Assembly: GCF_009914755.1 (NCBI RefSeq)
Contig: NC_060933.1
DNA from: the human T2T-CHM13v2.0 reference genome, Homo sapiens
Reading direction: 5' to 3' (one strand)
DNA length: 64,000 nucleotides
Below, piece after piece: positions 15,601 through 27,370 of this stretch. The position numbers were made by a program, and so were the translations under genes. Below the pieces are notes generated by a model that searched no databases, was not told the origin of the DNA, and saw only the letters and a program-made list of their open reading frames with translations. Numbering within the stretch: the stretch's first letter is position 1; each line of letters begins with the position of its first letter.

Positions 15601-18600
15601 GAAATGGCCCTGGATGCTGAGTTCCTGGACGTGTACAAGAACTGCAACGGGGTGGTCATGATGTTCGACATTACCAAGCAGTGGTAAGAGGGAGCTGGCG
15701 GGGGCAGCTGCCTGTGACTCTCACCCCCCTAGCCCCTTGGGCGCCCTCTTTGTGCAGCAGATAATGGTTAGAGCAGCATCGTTCTGCAGGACCGAGGGAC
15801 TCTTGCTGGGCAGCTGTGGCAGCTCAGCCACAAGGGGCACTGGCCTGGATGTCGGGCTGGGCAACGACTATGCCTGTGCCTATGGGGCGGGATGGCGTGG
15901 GCCGGCTGCAAAAGGCATCTGGGGCAAGGCACGCACCTTCCATAGCCCCACTGTTCTTCCTGAAAACCCATCTGAGACTTGGCGGAAGCAAGTGGCTGCT
16001 TGTGCTGGGGGCTCCCCGCGACCTCCGTCTTCATGACCTAGGAGGACCCACAGCCAAGATTCATTCTAGCAAGAAGATGACAGCGAAATCAGCTAAGGGC
16101 AGTGGCACACAGGACGATCTCTGGGGGACCAGGCGCAAGCCCCCAGAGTCCACTGTGGAGTCGCATGGGATCCACTCAGCTCCTCAGGAGTGCAGTGTCC
16201 CCCAGGACGCACCGGAGCCCCAGCGGGGGGGTGCTGCGGACGCACACTTGGCACAAGGCTCCTAGAAGAACGAGGGCCGCGTGAAGACCAGTGTCCTGGT
16301 GCAGGGCCCCTCCTAGCCACAGCCAGTGCCCGGAGCACCAGGAGCAGCATGCCCGACACGTCCAGGCATCTGCTCTTCCCAGCAGTGGGTCTGGCCTGGG
16401 GGCCTAGTCAGCAGCTTCTCTTACTTGGGAAGACCCCCACACCAGGGTTAAGCGTACCGCCTGTCACGGGGCCGCACACTCAGCACGCATCAGCAGCCCA
16501 GGCCTGAGGGCGGCTTGAAGCACCTGACCAGCCATGCTCTGGGCCTCTGCCAACCTTTGCCAATGCTGGGAACCATGCCTGCCCTCCCAGCCTTCAGCAC
16601 CACCACCAAGGACTGACCGCAGGCACCCTCAGGAGAGCCCTCGGTGGGGGTGTGGCACACGGATGGCAGGAGAACCACACACGGGGCTGGCGGCCCCACC
16701 CCAGGGCACGAGTTCAGCTCGGGCGCACACGCTGGCCTCACCTGGGCGAGCAGTGGTGCTCCTCTCCCTCCGGCCTCTCCTGTCTAGGCAGCAGGCCAGC
16801 CTGGTGGGTGGGAAGTGGCTTTTCCCAAGCGAAGTTGAGTGTGGACACAGTGTGGCCTCCACGGCATCTCCCACTGCTGCCACAGGAACGGCCTGGAGGG
16901 AGCTGCAGCCGCCTGGGCTGCCGTGCGAGGAGTGGGCGGGAGTGACAGCGAGACTTGAGCCAGCCTGAGAAGATGCGGCAAAGGCGCTTACCTGTGGGCC
17001 CGGAGACCCTGTTGGCAGCACCAGCCTGGGCAGGCGATGCCTATGGTAGCAATGCTCTGTCTGGAGCCCCTGGTGCCCAGCAGGAAGGATGGAAAACACT
17101 GGCTCAGACAGCGGCTTCAAGCACCACGCAGGCCCTTCACAGCCACGAGAGGCAGGAGACACCAGAAGGCCACCTGCTTAGGAGGCCAGAGGTGCCCCTG
17201 GGCCGGCCTTGGTGAGGGGCCCGTTTAAATGACTGCGTGTAAATGAAAGAAAATGAAGTTAGAAACAGGATGTTGCATTTTTTACTCCCTTATGTTGGCT
17301 TTCAGTCGTGGGGAAGTTTTGTCACTTGAAGCGCTGGTTATTTCTTCACAAGCCATTTGGAAAACCACGCAGCTGGGAAACTGGCAGTTCCACGCCAGGC
17401 AGACTCTGGAGACTTGCCGTCCGTGCCAGGAGATGTCTGCTTAAGACAAGGCTCTCCAAACAGCCCGCTTCACCGGCAGCCGCAGAGGCACCCCAGGGTG
17501 TCCTCGGCTGCCCCGGTGGGCAGGGAGCCTGGAGGACCAGCCACAGGGTCGACACCAAGGGGCACAGAGGACAGTGCGGAATGAGGGTGGACACAGATGA
17601 AGCCAGAGGTGGTTTTGTAGGGATGCGGACATGGGGTGCTCTGAGGGAAGGCAGGGACAGGCAGGGGCGTTCCAGTGTGGGGTGCGGTCAAGTACCTGCC
17701 GTCAGGGAGAGGGACGGGCGGGGGCTGCAGGCTGAGGGGTGCGAAGGCCCTCGAGGCACTTCCCTCTAGCTCTGCATGCACGAGGCATGCTTCTGCTGGG
17801 TTGGATGTTGGAAATGAGAAGCAGCCACCATCCTCGGGCCTGGGCGCACAGCACCTTTCCAGGGAGGGACAGGGCGTCGCAGGGCTGAAACTAAGCCAGG
17901 TCCTCACCTGTTCTCCGAGGACCTTCAATTACATTCTCCGGGAGCTTCCAAAAGTGCCCACCCACGTGCCAGTGTGCGTGCTGGGGAACTACCGGGACAT
18001 GGGCGAGCACCGAGTCATCCTGCCGGACGACGTGCGTGACTTCATCGACAACCTGGACAGGTGGGTGCGGTGGCCCTGCTCCCGAGGGACCCTGCCCGGT
18101 GCTCCGGTGTGCGGGGGAGGGTGCTGAGGCAGAGGCCCAGGGAGGGGTTAACGTTAGCATGGGGCCCGGCGGATGTGGGTCTCGCCGCTGAGTGGGGCTC
18201 ACTGAAGCCTGGGTCTCCCCGATGGCAGGGCCGGGAACTGTGTGCTGGGGAACTGTGTGCCAGGGTGAAGTGCTGGCACTGTGGGGTCACCTGCAGAAGG
18301 GCACTCGGCTTAGCTGCTTAGCAGGGCTCAGCAGGGTCCTGTGGCCTCAGGAGCCTGCAGGAGGAGGGAGGGCAGTGCGGACCCACAGCTGTGGGCCCAG
18401 GGGTGATCCTTGGCACCAGGGCAAGGGTCTTTCTCTTGCATCTTTTTTCCTTTCTGAAAGCAGACCTCCAGGTTCCTCCTACTTCCGCTATGCTGAGTCT
18501 TCCATGAAGAACAGCTTCGGCCTAAAGTACCTTCATAAGTTCTTCAATATCCCATTTTTGCAGCTTCAGGTAAGCACTCACCACGTGGGGTGGAGTGGCT

Positions 18601-21600
18601 GCTGGTCTCTCACCTCCTTCCAGGTGTCTCCTGTGTAGCAACGGGTCTCCCTCCTAACCCCTGAGAAAGCTGTGGACCTGCTCGGAGATTGGCTGCTGGC
18701 AAGGGCCCAGCGTTCTACTGCACCTGCCTGCTCTGGGTGGCAGAGGGTACAGGGTCCTGAGGGCTAGACCCAGTCCCAGGAGCCCCTCCACCTCTGCGGG
18801 GACCCCTTGCTCAGTTTCCCCCAGTGTTTTTGGTTGTTTTTGTTTGTTGAGATAAGGTCTTGCTGTGTGGCCCAGGCTGGAGTGCAGTGGCGCAATCATG
18901 GCTCACTGCGGCCTCAAACTCCGGGGCTCAGGCAGTCCTCCCACCTGTCTCCCAAAGTGCTGGGATGCCAGGCGTGAGTCACCGAGGTACTCGCTGTTCA
19001 CATCTCACATTTCCCTGGTGCTTGTGTCAAAACCAAGGAACCAACTTTGGCCTACGGACTAAACTCACTTTCCTTTGTAGAAACAAGGGCCAGGCCAGCT
19101 GTGGCTGCAAAGTAGCCCAGCAAATGATGAGGCTTGAACCTCCTCGCCCTGGGCTGCCCTGATTGGGTCTGGGGGACCTGAACCTCCTCGCCCTGGGCTG
19201 CCCTGACTGGGTCTGGGGGACCTGAACCTCCTCGCCCTGGGCTGCCCCAGCTGGGTCTGGGGACCTGAACCTCCTCGCCCTGGGCTGCCCCGCCTGGGTC
19301 TGGGGACCTGAACCTCCTCGCCCTGGGCTGCCCCGCCTGGGTCTGGGGACCTGAACCTCCTCGCCCTGGGCTGCCCCGCCTGGGTCTGGGGACCTGAACC
19401 TCCTCGCCCTGGGCTGCCCCAGCTGGGTCTGGGGGACCTGAACCTCCTCGCCCTGGGCTGCCCCAGCTGGGTCTGGGGGACCTGAACCTCCTCGCCCTGG
19501 GCTGCCCCAGCTGGATCTGGGGGACCTGAACCTCCTCGCCCTGGGCTGCCCCGCCTGGGTCTGGGGGACCTGAACCTCCTTGCCTGGGCTGCCCCGCCTG
19601 GGTCTGGGGGACCTGAACCTCCTCGCCCTGGGCTGCCCCAGCTGGGTCTGGGGGACCTGTACCTCCTCGCCCTGGGCTGCCCCGCCTGGGTCTGGGGGAC
19701 CTGAACCTCCTCGCCCTGGGCTGCCCCGACTGGGTCTGGGGGACCTGAATCTCCTCACCCTGGGCTGCCCCAGCTGGGTCTGGGGACCTGAACCTCCTCG
19801 CCCTGGGCTGCCCCAGCTGGGTCTGGGGGACCTGAACCTCCTCGCCCTGGGCTGCCCCGACTGGGTCTGGGGGACCTGGGGCCCAGCTGCAGCTGCAGCA
19901 GCCTTGGTCTTTCTCCAGAAGGATGTCAGGCTTGCCCAGGAAAGGGGCTGTGCTGTCGTCCTGGTGTCAGAAGAAGTGAGGATGCCTGCAGGCTGGGACT
20001 GCTGCTGGGGACGTTTGGGTTGGAAGGAAGGCGGCAGTCAGACTTGTCCTGTGCCGGCACTGCTGGGGAGGCCCCTCCTTCCTGCAGAGCCGTCCCCTCA
20101 TCACTGGGTTGATTACTCCTTAGAGAGCTCCCCACTGCTCAGCTGCTCCATTCCCTAATGGTTTGCCCTCCAAACCCTTCCAAAGCCTCCCAGGGAGAGA
20201 ACGGGACCCTGGACAGAGTCTTGAGCTGGAAGCGTAGGGCTGAGCTGTGTGTGACTATCCTTTTGCTATGGATGTGTTCAAGCAGATCTGATGTCCTCGC
20301 CTGTCTCAGCAGCGGGACCCCTGTTTCCTCTTTGTCTTGCCCCTGGATTGCCTGGAAGCAAATTTCAGGCCTTCTTTATGTCACCTAAAAATATTTCAAA
20401 CACATCTCTAAAAAAATCAGTTGTTTTTTTAACCTGACCGTAGTACCTAATGTAATACCGCATGTTAAACTCACAGAAGGTTTTTCTTGGAGAAATAAGC
20501 CACAATAACAAATTGAAAAAATAAAATTCCCAAAGAGTTCTTCCAGTCGTCAGATATTTGGTCAGTATTCAGAGTAGGATCCAGAGTTCACACATTACAT
20601 TTGGTTGACAAGTCTGTAGATTTCTCTTTGTAAATCACATTTTTTTGTTGTTGTTATAGCCTGGGGACCTTAATGACTTTAATACACTCTTTTTTTTGGA
20701 GACGGAGTCTCACTCTGTCCAGGCTGGAGTACGGTGGTGCAATCTTGCCTCACTGTAACCTCTGCCTCCTGGGTTCAAGCGATTCTCCTGCCTAAGCCTC
20801 CCAAGTAGCTGGGATTACAGGCGCCTGCCACCACGCCTGGCTAATTTTTGTATTTTTAGTAGGGACGGGGTTTTGCCATATTGGCCAGGACGGTCTCGAT
20901 CTCTTGACCTCGTGATCTGCCCGCCTTGGCCCCCCCAAAGTGCTGGGATTACAGGTGTGAGCCACCACGCCCAGCCTCACATTTTTATTTTAAAAACCTC
21001 TCCAGGCTGGGCGCAGTGGCTCACGCCTATAATCCCAGCTGTTAGGGAGGCAGAGGTGGGAGGACAGCTCGAGCCCAGGAGTTCCAGATCTTCTGCCTGG
21101 GCAATATAATATAGCATGACCCTGTTCTAAAAAAAAAAAAAAAAAAAAAATCTCTGAAAAAGATGATTCAAAAAAAAAAAAAGGAGAGGCCAGGCAAGTA
21201 GCTCAGGCCTGTAATTTCAGCAGAGGCCAAGCTGGGAGGATCACTTGAGTCCAGGAATTAGAGACCAGTCTGGGCAACATAGCGAGACCCCATCTCTATT
21301 TAAAAAAAGAGAAGGGGCCGGGCACGGTGGCTCCCGACTGTCATCCTCGCACTTTGGATGCTGAGGCAGCTGGATCACCTGAGGTCAGGAGTTCGTGAGG
21401 CTCCGGCGTTTGTATTTCATTTGAATCTAAAGTGAGCAGCCACAGGGACCCGCAGCTCATCAGACCAGCCTGGGGTTCCAGGCCAGGAGGGCAGCGGTTT
21501 GCTCCAGAGCCAGCTGCTTGTGGGTGTGGGACGGTGGCGACGCGTGCACCGGGGATGTGTCCTGCCACCAGAGGAGGTGTGCGTGGCGGGGAGCAGAGGG

Positions 21601-24600
21601 GCTTTGTTTCCCAGGTGAAGGTGCGGCTTCTTCACTCTTAGAGGTGCGTGTGTGGGTGGGGGTGCTTGCTGTTGAGGTTTATGCCTGTGACTGACAGCTG
21701 TCCCCCAAGCCATGCTGGCAGTGTGTAGGTGTCGTGCCGGCCACCGCAGAGGAATCCTCTGGGCTTCTGTGGTTCAAGTGGGGCCCAGCGCAGAGCTCCA
21801 TGAGTTGCTGAGCAGCCAGCCCTGCAGCATCTCCTGGTTTTGGCAGCAGGAGGCGTCCCCTGTGCATTCAGGGGCCGTGGGGCTGGGGCACTCGCAGCAG
21901 GAAGGAGCCCTGCTCAGGCCTGCGTGCTCCCTTTCTGCAGAGGGAGACGCTGTTGCGGCAGCTGGAGACGAACCAGCTGGACATGGACGCCACGCTGGAG
22001 GAGCTGTCGGTGCAGCAGGAGACGGAGGACCAGAACTACGGCATGTATGTGGCCGGACCCGCCCGTGCGGGCGGTGTGGGGGCTGCGGGCGTGGCCGTGG
22101 TGCAGGGCCATGGGCTGCACCAAGGAGACAGCAGAGGGGAGTGTCCCCTGTTTGGGGTAAATTAGTCACCTTTGGGCACGGGTGGAGGAGGACTCAGGTT
22201 TGCACTGCCCCCAGCAGCCCCCCCACAGTCACCCCTGGCGTGGACTCCTCATACAGGTCATGCTGTGCCTGCCACTCTGAGTACCGCTGACCGTGGCCAG
22301 GTGCTGGTGCTCATGGAGTGCTGCTGGGGCTGCCTGCCCATCAGGGGCTTGGCCTCCCAGATTGATGCCAGCATGGGGTGTGCTTTCTGGGGAGCTGCTT
22401 GACTTTGGGAAGCTCCCTGTGTTGAAGAGGCATACAGGCCAGGACATGGAGGTCTCTGGTCCTCGACAGCAGAGGGAGGCTCAGAGCATCCTCCTGAGTG
22501 GGCCTGGGCAGTGCATAGCCCCGGGGTTGCGGCCAGTGGGACAGCTGGCCCGTTCTCTGCCTCAGGCTCCTGTACAGCTAGGGGCTTGGTGCCTCCCCTG
22601 GGACCCAGGCAGGGACCACGGAATCAGTGGCCCTCCTGAGGCCCCCCAGGAGGTCTCTGTTTCCAGAAGGAGAGCCCTGTGGGTCACCTTGGATCTGGCT
22701 GTTGGCTCAGACACAGCAAGAGACCGAGAGGGAAGGCAGTTTGATGCCTGGAGAGGGACCCGTGGCTTCCAGCTGCCAGGCCAGCCCCAGAATGGAGCCC
22801 CCCGCATGGGCGCTTCTCTGTTGAACCAATCCTGGCATTTCCTGGGCCTGAGAGTTGGGTCAGCTGGATGCTGCGATGGCCGCACGTGCTCCACCAAGCC
22901 CCAGCCCCCTCCTCTTCCCAGAAACCCCCGCTCACGGGAAGGTCCAGTTGCTGCCATCTGGCCACCTCTGCATGGAGCCCCCAACAGCTGTGCCTCAGAA
23001 CAGATCCGAAGTGACTTTCAGGGGAGCTGGACACATGTACGCTGGTGCCTGCTGTCCCCACCCTTTGGCACTGCTGCTCTTTCTTTTTCTGAGATGGAGT
23101 CTCGCTCTGTCGCCCAGGCTGGAGCGCAGTGGTGTGATCTCGGCTCACCGCAAGCTCCGCCTCCCGGGTTCACGCCATTCTCCTGCCTCAGCCTCCCAAG
23201 TAGCTGGGGCTACAGGCACCCGCCACCACACCCGGCTAATTTTTTTTGTATTTTTAGTAGAGACGGGGTTTCACTGCGTTAGCCAGGACGGTCTCCACCT
23301 CCTGACCTCGTGATCTGCCTGCCTTGGCCTCCTACAGTGCTGGGATTACAGGCATGAGCCACCGTGCCTGGCTGGCACTGCTGCCCTTGGAAGTGGATGG
23401 GGATGATGGCCTCTGTGGGGCGGGTGGCCCAGAACACAGTGGCTCTTCCCAGCCCCAGCAGCAGCAGCAGAGAGCCCCCTGTCACCTGAGGGCCTCAGGG
23501 AGAGGCAGGGGAGCCAGGCTTCTCACCCGCCTTCTGCCTTTCAGCTTCCTGGAGATGATGGAGGCTCGCAGCCGTGGCCATGCGTCCCCACTGGCGGCCA
23601 ACGGGCAGAGCCCATCCCCGGGCTCCCAGTCACCAGTGGTGCCTGCAGGCGCTGTGTCCACGGGGAGCTCCAGCCCCGGCACACCCCAGCCCGCCCCACA
23701 GCTGCCCCTCAATGCTGCCCCACCATCCTCTGTGCCCCCTGTACCACCCTCAGAGGCCCTGCCCCCACCTGCGTGCCCCTCAGCCCCCGCCCCACGGCGC
23801 AGCATCATCTCTAGGCTGTTTGGGACGTCACCTGCCACCGAGGCAGCCCCTCCACCTCCAGGTAGGCCCTGGAGCTGCCCCTCCCAAACTGGTCCCAGAC
23901 CCCCAGGCCCTCACAGGTGGGGTCCTGGATTTCGGAGCGCTCCACGCTTCTTCCTGCTTGTCCCAGTCCCGTGGGCACATCCCGGGTGGGCCTGGCTTGG
24001 GGTTGGGTGCAGTGAGGGTTCTGGTGCCGAGTGAAGAGGACCCGGCATCACTGTTCACAGAGCCAGTCCCGGCCGCACAGGGCCCAGCAACGGTCCAGAG
24101 TGTGGAGGACTTTGTTCCTGACGACCGCCTGGACCGCAGCTTCCTGGAAGACACAACCCCCGCCAGGGACGAGAAGAAGGTGGGGGCCAAGGCTGCCCAG
24201 CAGGACAGCGACAGGTGAGGGGTGGGCCTGGGCCTCCTCTCCCATTGCCCCCCAGCCTCCAGGGTGCCCGAGCAGCAGGTGGGGCTGGCTTTCTAGGGGC
24301 GCAGAAGGGGCCCCCCGCCGGCTGGTCACTGTTGGCTGAGGACAGAGCAGCTCTGTGGCTGGAGCAGACGAGGGAAGGGCTTGGACGGGGCTTCCAGACA
24401 TCAGAAAGGCCTGGCCACCTGCTCTGCCCACACCCTGGAGAGGACAGGGGCACCTTGGGGTCTTCTGTGGGCAGATGCCACATGGAAGCCATTGGAGAGG
24501 CCACTGCAGGTCATATGGGAGGTTCAGGCCACCAGATGTGGTCTCCACAGGGCCAGGATCCAGGTGCTGCAGAGACAGGGGCGGCTTCCTGCAGGTCCTA

Positions 24601-26724
24601 GAGCTGGGAGCTAGAGCCACCTCCCCAGCCATCTGCCAGCCCCTCCCACCACTCTGTCTGCCAAGCTGCCCCAAATTTTGCCTGCAGCAAAGCCCTGCAT
24701 TTGGTCCCAGGACAGCCCTGGACAAGCTCCACCCACAGTGGCCTCAGCACCTCAGCCTCACCCATTGCTGTGGGGCAGCGGCTTCCTCCAGAAATACACA
24801 AAGGACAGAAAGCCCCGTGGCCCTGAGCTGGGCCCGCCTCCTCCACGAGCGCCCACTTGTGCGGCTCCACATCCTTCACCCACTGAGCGGCCGCAGGGCA
24901 GCACTGTGTCCAACCTTGTGCCCCCGACCCCTTCCTGCTCAGAAGCCCTGTGACGACCATGAGGGGGCCTCTCCACAACACAGCACCTGGGGTGGGGTGG
25001 CCCCACGGCCAGGGTGTGCTGGGTACCAGGGCGCCTAGAACCAAGGCCCGTGAGCCCGGCCAGCCATCCCTACCCCGTGGCCCTTGACCGCTTTGCCCCC
25101 TGCTTTGCAGTGATGGGGAGGCCCTGGGCGGCAACCCGATGGTGGCAGGGTTCCAGGACGATGTGGACCTCGAAGACCAGCCACGTGGGAGTCCCCCGCT
25201 GCCTGCAGGCCCCGTCCCCAGTCAAGACATCACTCTTTCGAGTGAGGAGGAAGCAGAAGTGGCAGCTCCCACAAAAGGCCCTGCCCCAGCTCCCCAGCAG
25301 TGCTCAGAGCCAGAGACCAAGTGGTAAGGGCAGGTGTCCCCACGGGTGCGGCCTGGAGACCCGGGTGGGGCAGTTCAGGACGCCTCCAGAGGACCCTGAC
25401 TGACCCTCTGCTTGTCCACAAAGGTCCTCCATACCAGCTTCGAAGCCACGGAGGGGGACAGCTCCCACGAGGACCGCAGCACCCCCCTGGCCAGGCGGTG
25501 TCTCTGTTCGCACAGGTCCGGAGAAGCGCAGCAGCACCAGGCCCCCTGCTGAGATGGAGCCGGGGAAGGGTGAGCAGGCCTCCTCGTCGGAGAGTGACCC
25601 CGAGGGACCCATTGCTGCACAAATGCTGTCCTTCGTCATGGATGACCCCGACTTTGAGAGCGAGGGATCAGACACACAGCGCAGGGCGGTAAGACGAGTC
25701 CTCCCGGGGCAGAGGTCAGCCAGGTGGCCAGGGTCCCTCCCACAGGCCTGATCTGGGTGGGTGCAGTGGGAGGAGGCTTCTGGAAGAGGCATCTCATGTC
25801 CCCACACTTGGGCCTTGCCGGCCTGGTTTGAGATCCCACAACCCCTGGGGGTGTGGGAGGGATGATGGCCTGACCAGTTGCTCTCCCTGCTCCAGGATGA
25901 CTTTCCCGTGCGAGATGACCCCTCCGATGTGACTGACGAGGATGAGGGCCCTGCCGAGCCGCCCCCACCCCCCAAGCTCCCTCTCCCCGCCTTCAGACTG
26001 AAGAATGACTCGGACCTCTTCGGGCTGGGGCTGGAGGAGGCCGGACCCAAGGAGAGCAGTGAGGAAGGTGGGTGGGGGCACCAGAGTGCGGTCAGCCTGC
26101 TGGAGTTTGGGTAGAACGTGGGCCTCCTCCCAGCTGCTGGCCGCTGGCCGGGGTCCTCTCCTGAGTCCAGGATGCTGTGCCATGCTCCTGGCAGCCCCCT
26201 GCAGGAGCTGATGTTTGCAGTGTGGTCCTGTCCATCAGCAGGGCCTCCTGGAGGGCTGGGGCTCGCTGCTTTGTGAGTTTCTAGAGAAGTCCTGTCACCC
26301 AGCTTGGGGTCCCCGTTGGCCTGAGTTTGAGCCACTGTCTGTCCTGTCTGTGCAGGTAAGGAGGGCAAAACCCCCTCTAAGGAGAAGAAGAAGAAGAAGA
26401 AAAAAGGCAAAGAGGTACTGGCTACTCCCCTTCCTGGCAGGCCAGGACTGGGTGGCATGCGGTCCTGGGACCAGGGCTGTGGCTTCCTGTGACTCCATGG
26501 CGCCCCATCCTTGTGCTCCTCAGGAAGAAGAAAAAGCTGCCAAGAAGAAGAGCAAACACAAGAAGAGCAAGGACAAGGAGGAGGGCAAGGAGGAGCGGCG
26601 ACGGCGGCAGCAGCGGCCCCCGCGCAGCAGGGAGAGGACGGCTGCCGATGAGCTGGAGGCTTTCCTGGGGGGCGGGGCCCCGGGCGGCCGCCACCCTGGG
26701 GGTGGCGACTACGAGGAGCTCTAG
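9693..26724 (+). CDS. RABL6: RAB, member RAS oncogene family-like 6 (RBEL1/PARF), exons 2-15; exon 1 lies upstream of the window
   Basis: GT-AG exons: 9693-9827, 11978-12025, 14693-14745, 15592-15683, 17920-18060, 18464-18569, 21941-22044, 23545-23861, 24061-24214, 25111-25323, 25424-25688, 25896-26067, 26356-26414, 26524-26724 (TAG). Phases chain into one frame (2060 nt). P-loop GDRNTGKT, Pro-rich middle, Lys-rich tail ending GGGDYEEL. Confidence 0.97.
10455..10795 (-). mobile_element. Antisense Alu with extended T/GTTT tail, RABL6 intron 2
   Basis: Alu consensus with a poly(T) head. Confidence 0.92.
11553..11746. repeat. G-rich minisatellite, 30-bp unit ggagggaggggccgtgcccaggatcggggc..., about 6 copies
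   Basis: Visible tandem units. Explains the [10 protein letters not shown] and [10 protein letters not shown] ORFs. Confidence 0.96.
17156..17222 (+). ncRNA. MIR4292: microRNA 4292 precursor in RABL6 intron 5
   Basis: Recalled mature sequence CCCCUGGGCCGGCCUUGG is present at 17195-17212. Arms caccagaaggcc and ggccttggtg can pair. Precursor bounds are from recall. Confidence 0.8.
18830..18990 (-). mobile_element. Alu monomer (FLAM/FRAM-like)
   Basis: cccaggctggagtgcagtggcgcaatc...cccaaagtgctgggat. Confidence 0.8.
19136..19877. repeat. Minisatellite, 43-44-bp unit gaacctcctcgccctgggctgcccc(ag/gc)ctgggtctgggg(g)acct, about 17 copies
   Basis: Counted unit by unit. Variants differ in the G-run and the central dinucleotide. 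Confidence 0.97.
20688..21395. mobile_element. Alu cluster: antisense Alu (~20688-20976) plus sense monomer fragments (~21005-21150, ~21188-21310, ~21316-21395)
   Basis: Alu consensus blocks and A tails. Confidence 0.85.
23081..23372 (-). mobile_element. AluY-like element, RABL6 intron 8
   Basis: gcaagctccgcctcccgggttcacgccattctcc. Approximate TSD ggcactgctgc(t/c)ctt. Confidence 0.92.
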
Positions 26725-27364
26725 GCCGGCGTGGGCAGTGGCCGCCCTGGGGCGGGGGGCGTGCCTGTCACTGCCTGGGGAGGCATTTGCCTCTGTACCA
26801 TCGCCTTTGCCGCTGCCCCGTGGCTGCCGTGTGCGCTTCTGAGCTGGAAGAGGCCGGGCATTGGTGGTCCCCAGGCTGGGCCCTGCAGGTGCTGGGCCTT
26901 CAGGCCCAGTGTGAGCCTGCTCTGCAAGAAGGGAGGGGACAGCTGGCTTCAGCCAGGCTCGGTGGACACCCTGGCCCTCTCGGGGCAGAGCCGCCAGTGT
27001 TTCTCAGGGATGTGACTGAGGCCCAGGAGGGACCTGTGAGGGTCTGTTTACAGAGGCTGGGCAGGGGCCGCTTGGCTGTGGGGTGTGCGCTGCCCCGGCA
27101 CCTGCTTGCCCTCCGCGCTCATCTGGGGCCGCAGCATGCCTATGGTTCCGCTTCCGGCCGGGAGCCCTGAACACGGGTGTGCAGACTCACCCTAAAGGGC
27201 GGCCCAGGCCCCACGCTAGAAGGCTGGCGAGACCGAAGGCAGCATGTGAGGCCTCTCCTGGGAGTGGGGGTTGTGTTTCCCACAGTGGCCTCAGCTGCGC
27301 CCCCGCTCAGGTGAGCCCGAAGGCAGGAGCCGGGAGGCACTCCTCCCAAACACTCCACTCAGAC

Positions 27365-27370
27365 CATAAA
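27365..27370 (+). terminator. Probable RABL6 polyadenylation signal (variant CATAAA)
   Basis: Only PAS-like hexamer noticed in the 3' UTR. Followed by a GU/U-rich element (gtgtgtctgttcttctg) about 20 nt downstream. Confidence 0.6.

Noticed and set aside
19027-20158. Repetitive 243-aa and 192-aa ORFs; possible CRISPR-like array
   Set aside because: Translations of the minisatellite. Units abut without unique spacers and the DNA is eukaryotic.
26381-26410. Functional link between the RABL6 poly-Lys tract and the neighbouring collision sensor EDF1
   Set aside because: The lysines are mostly AAG codons, and gene proximity in mammals does not imply a shared pathway.
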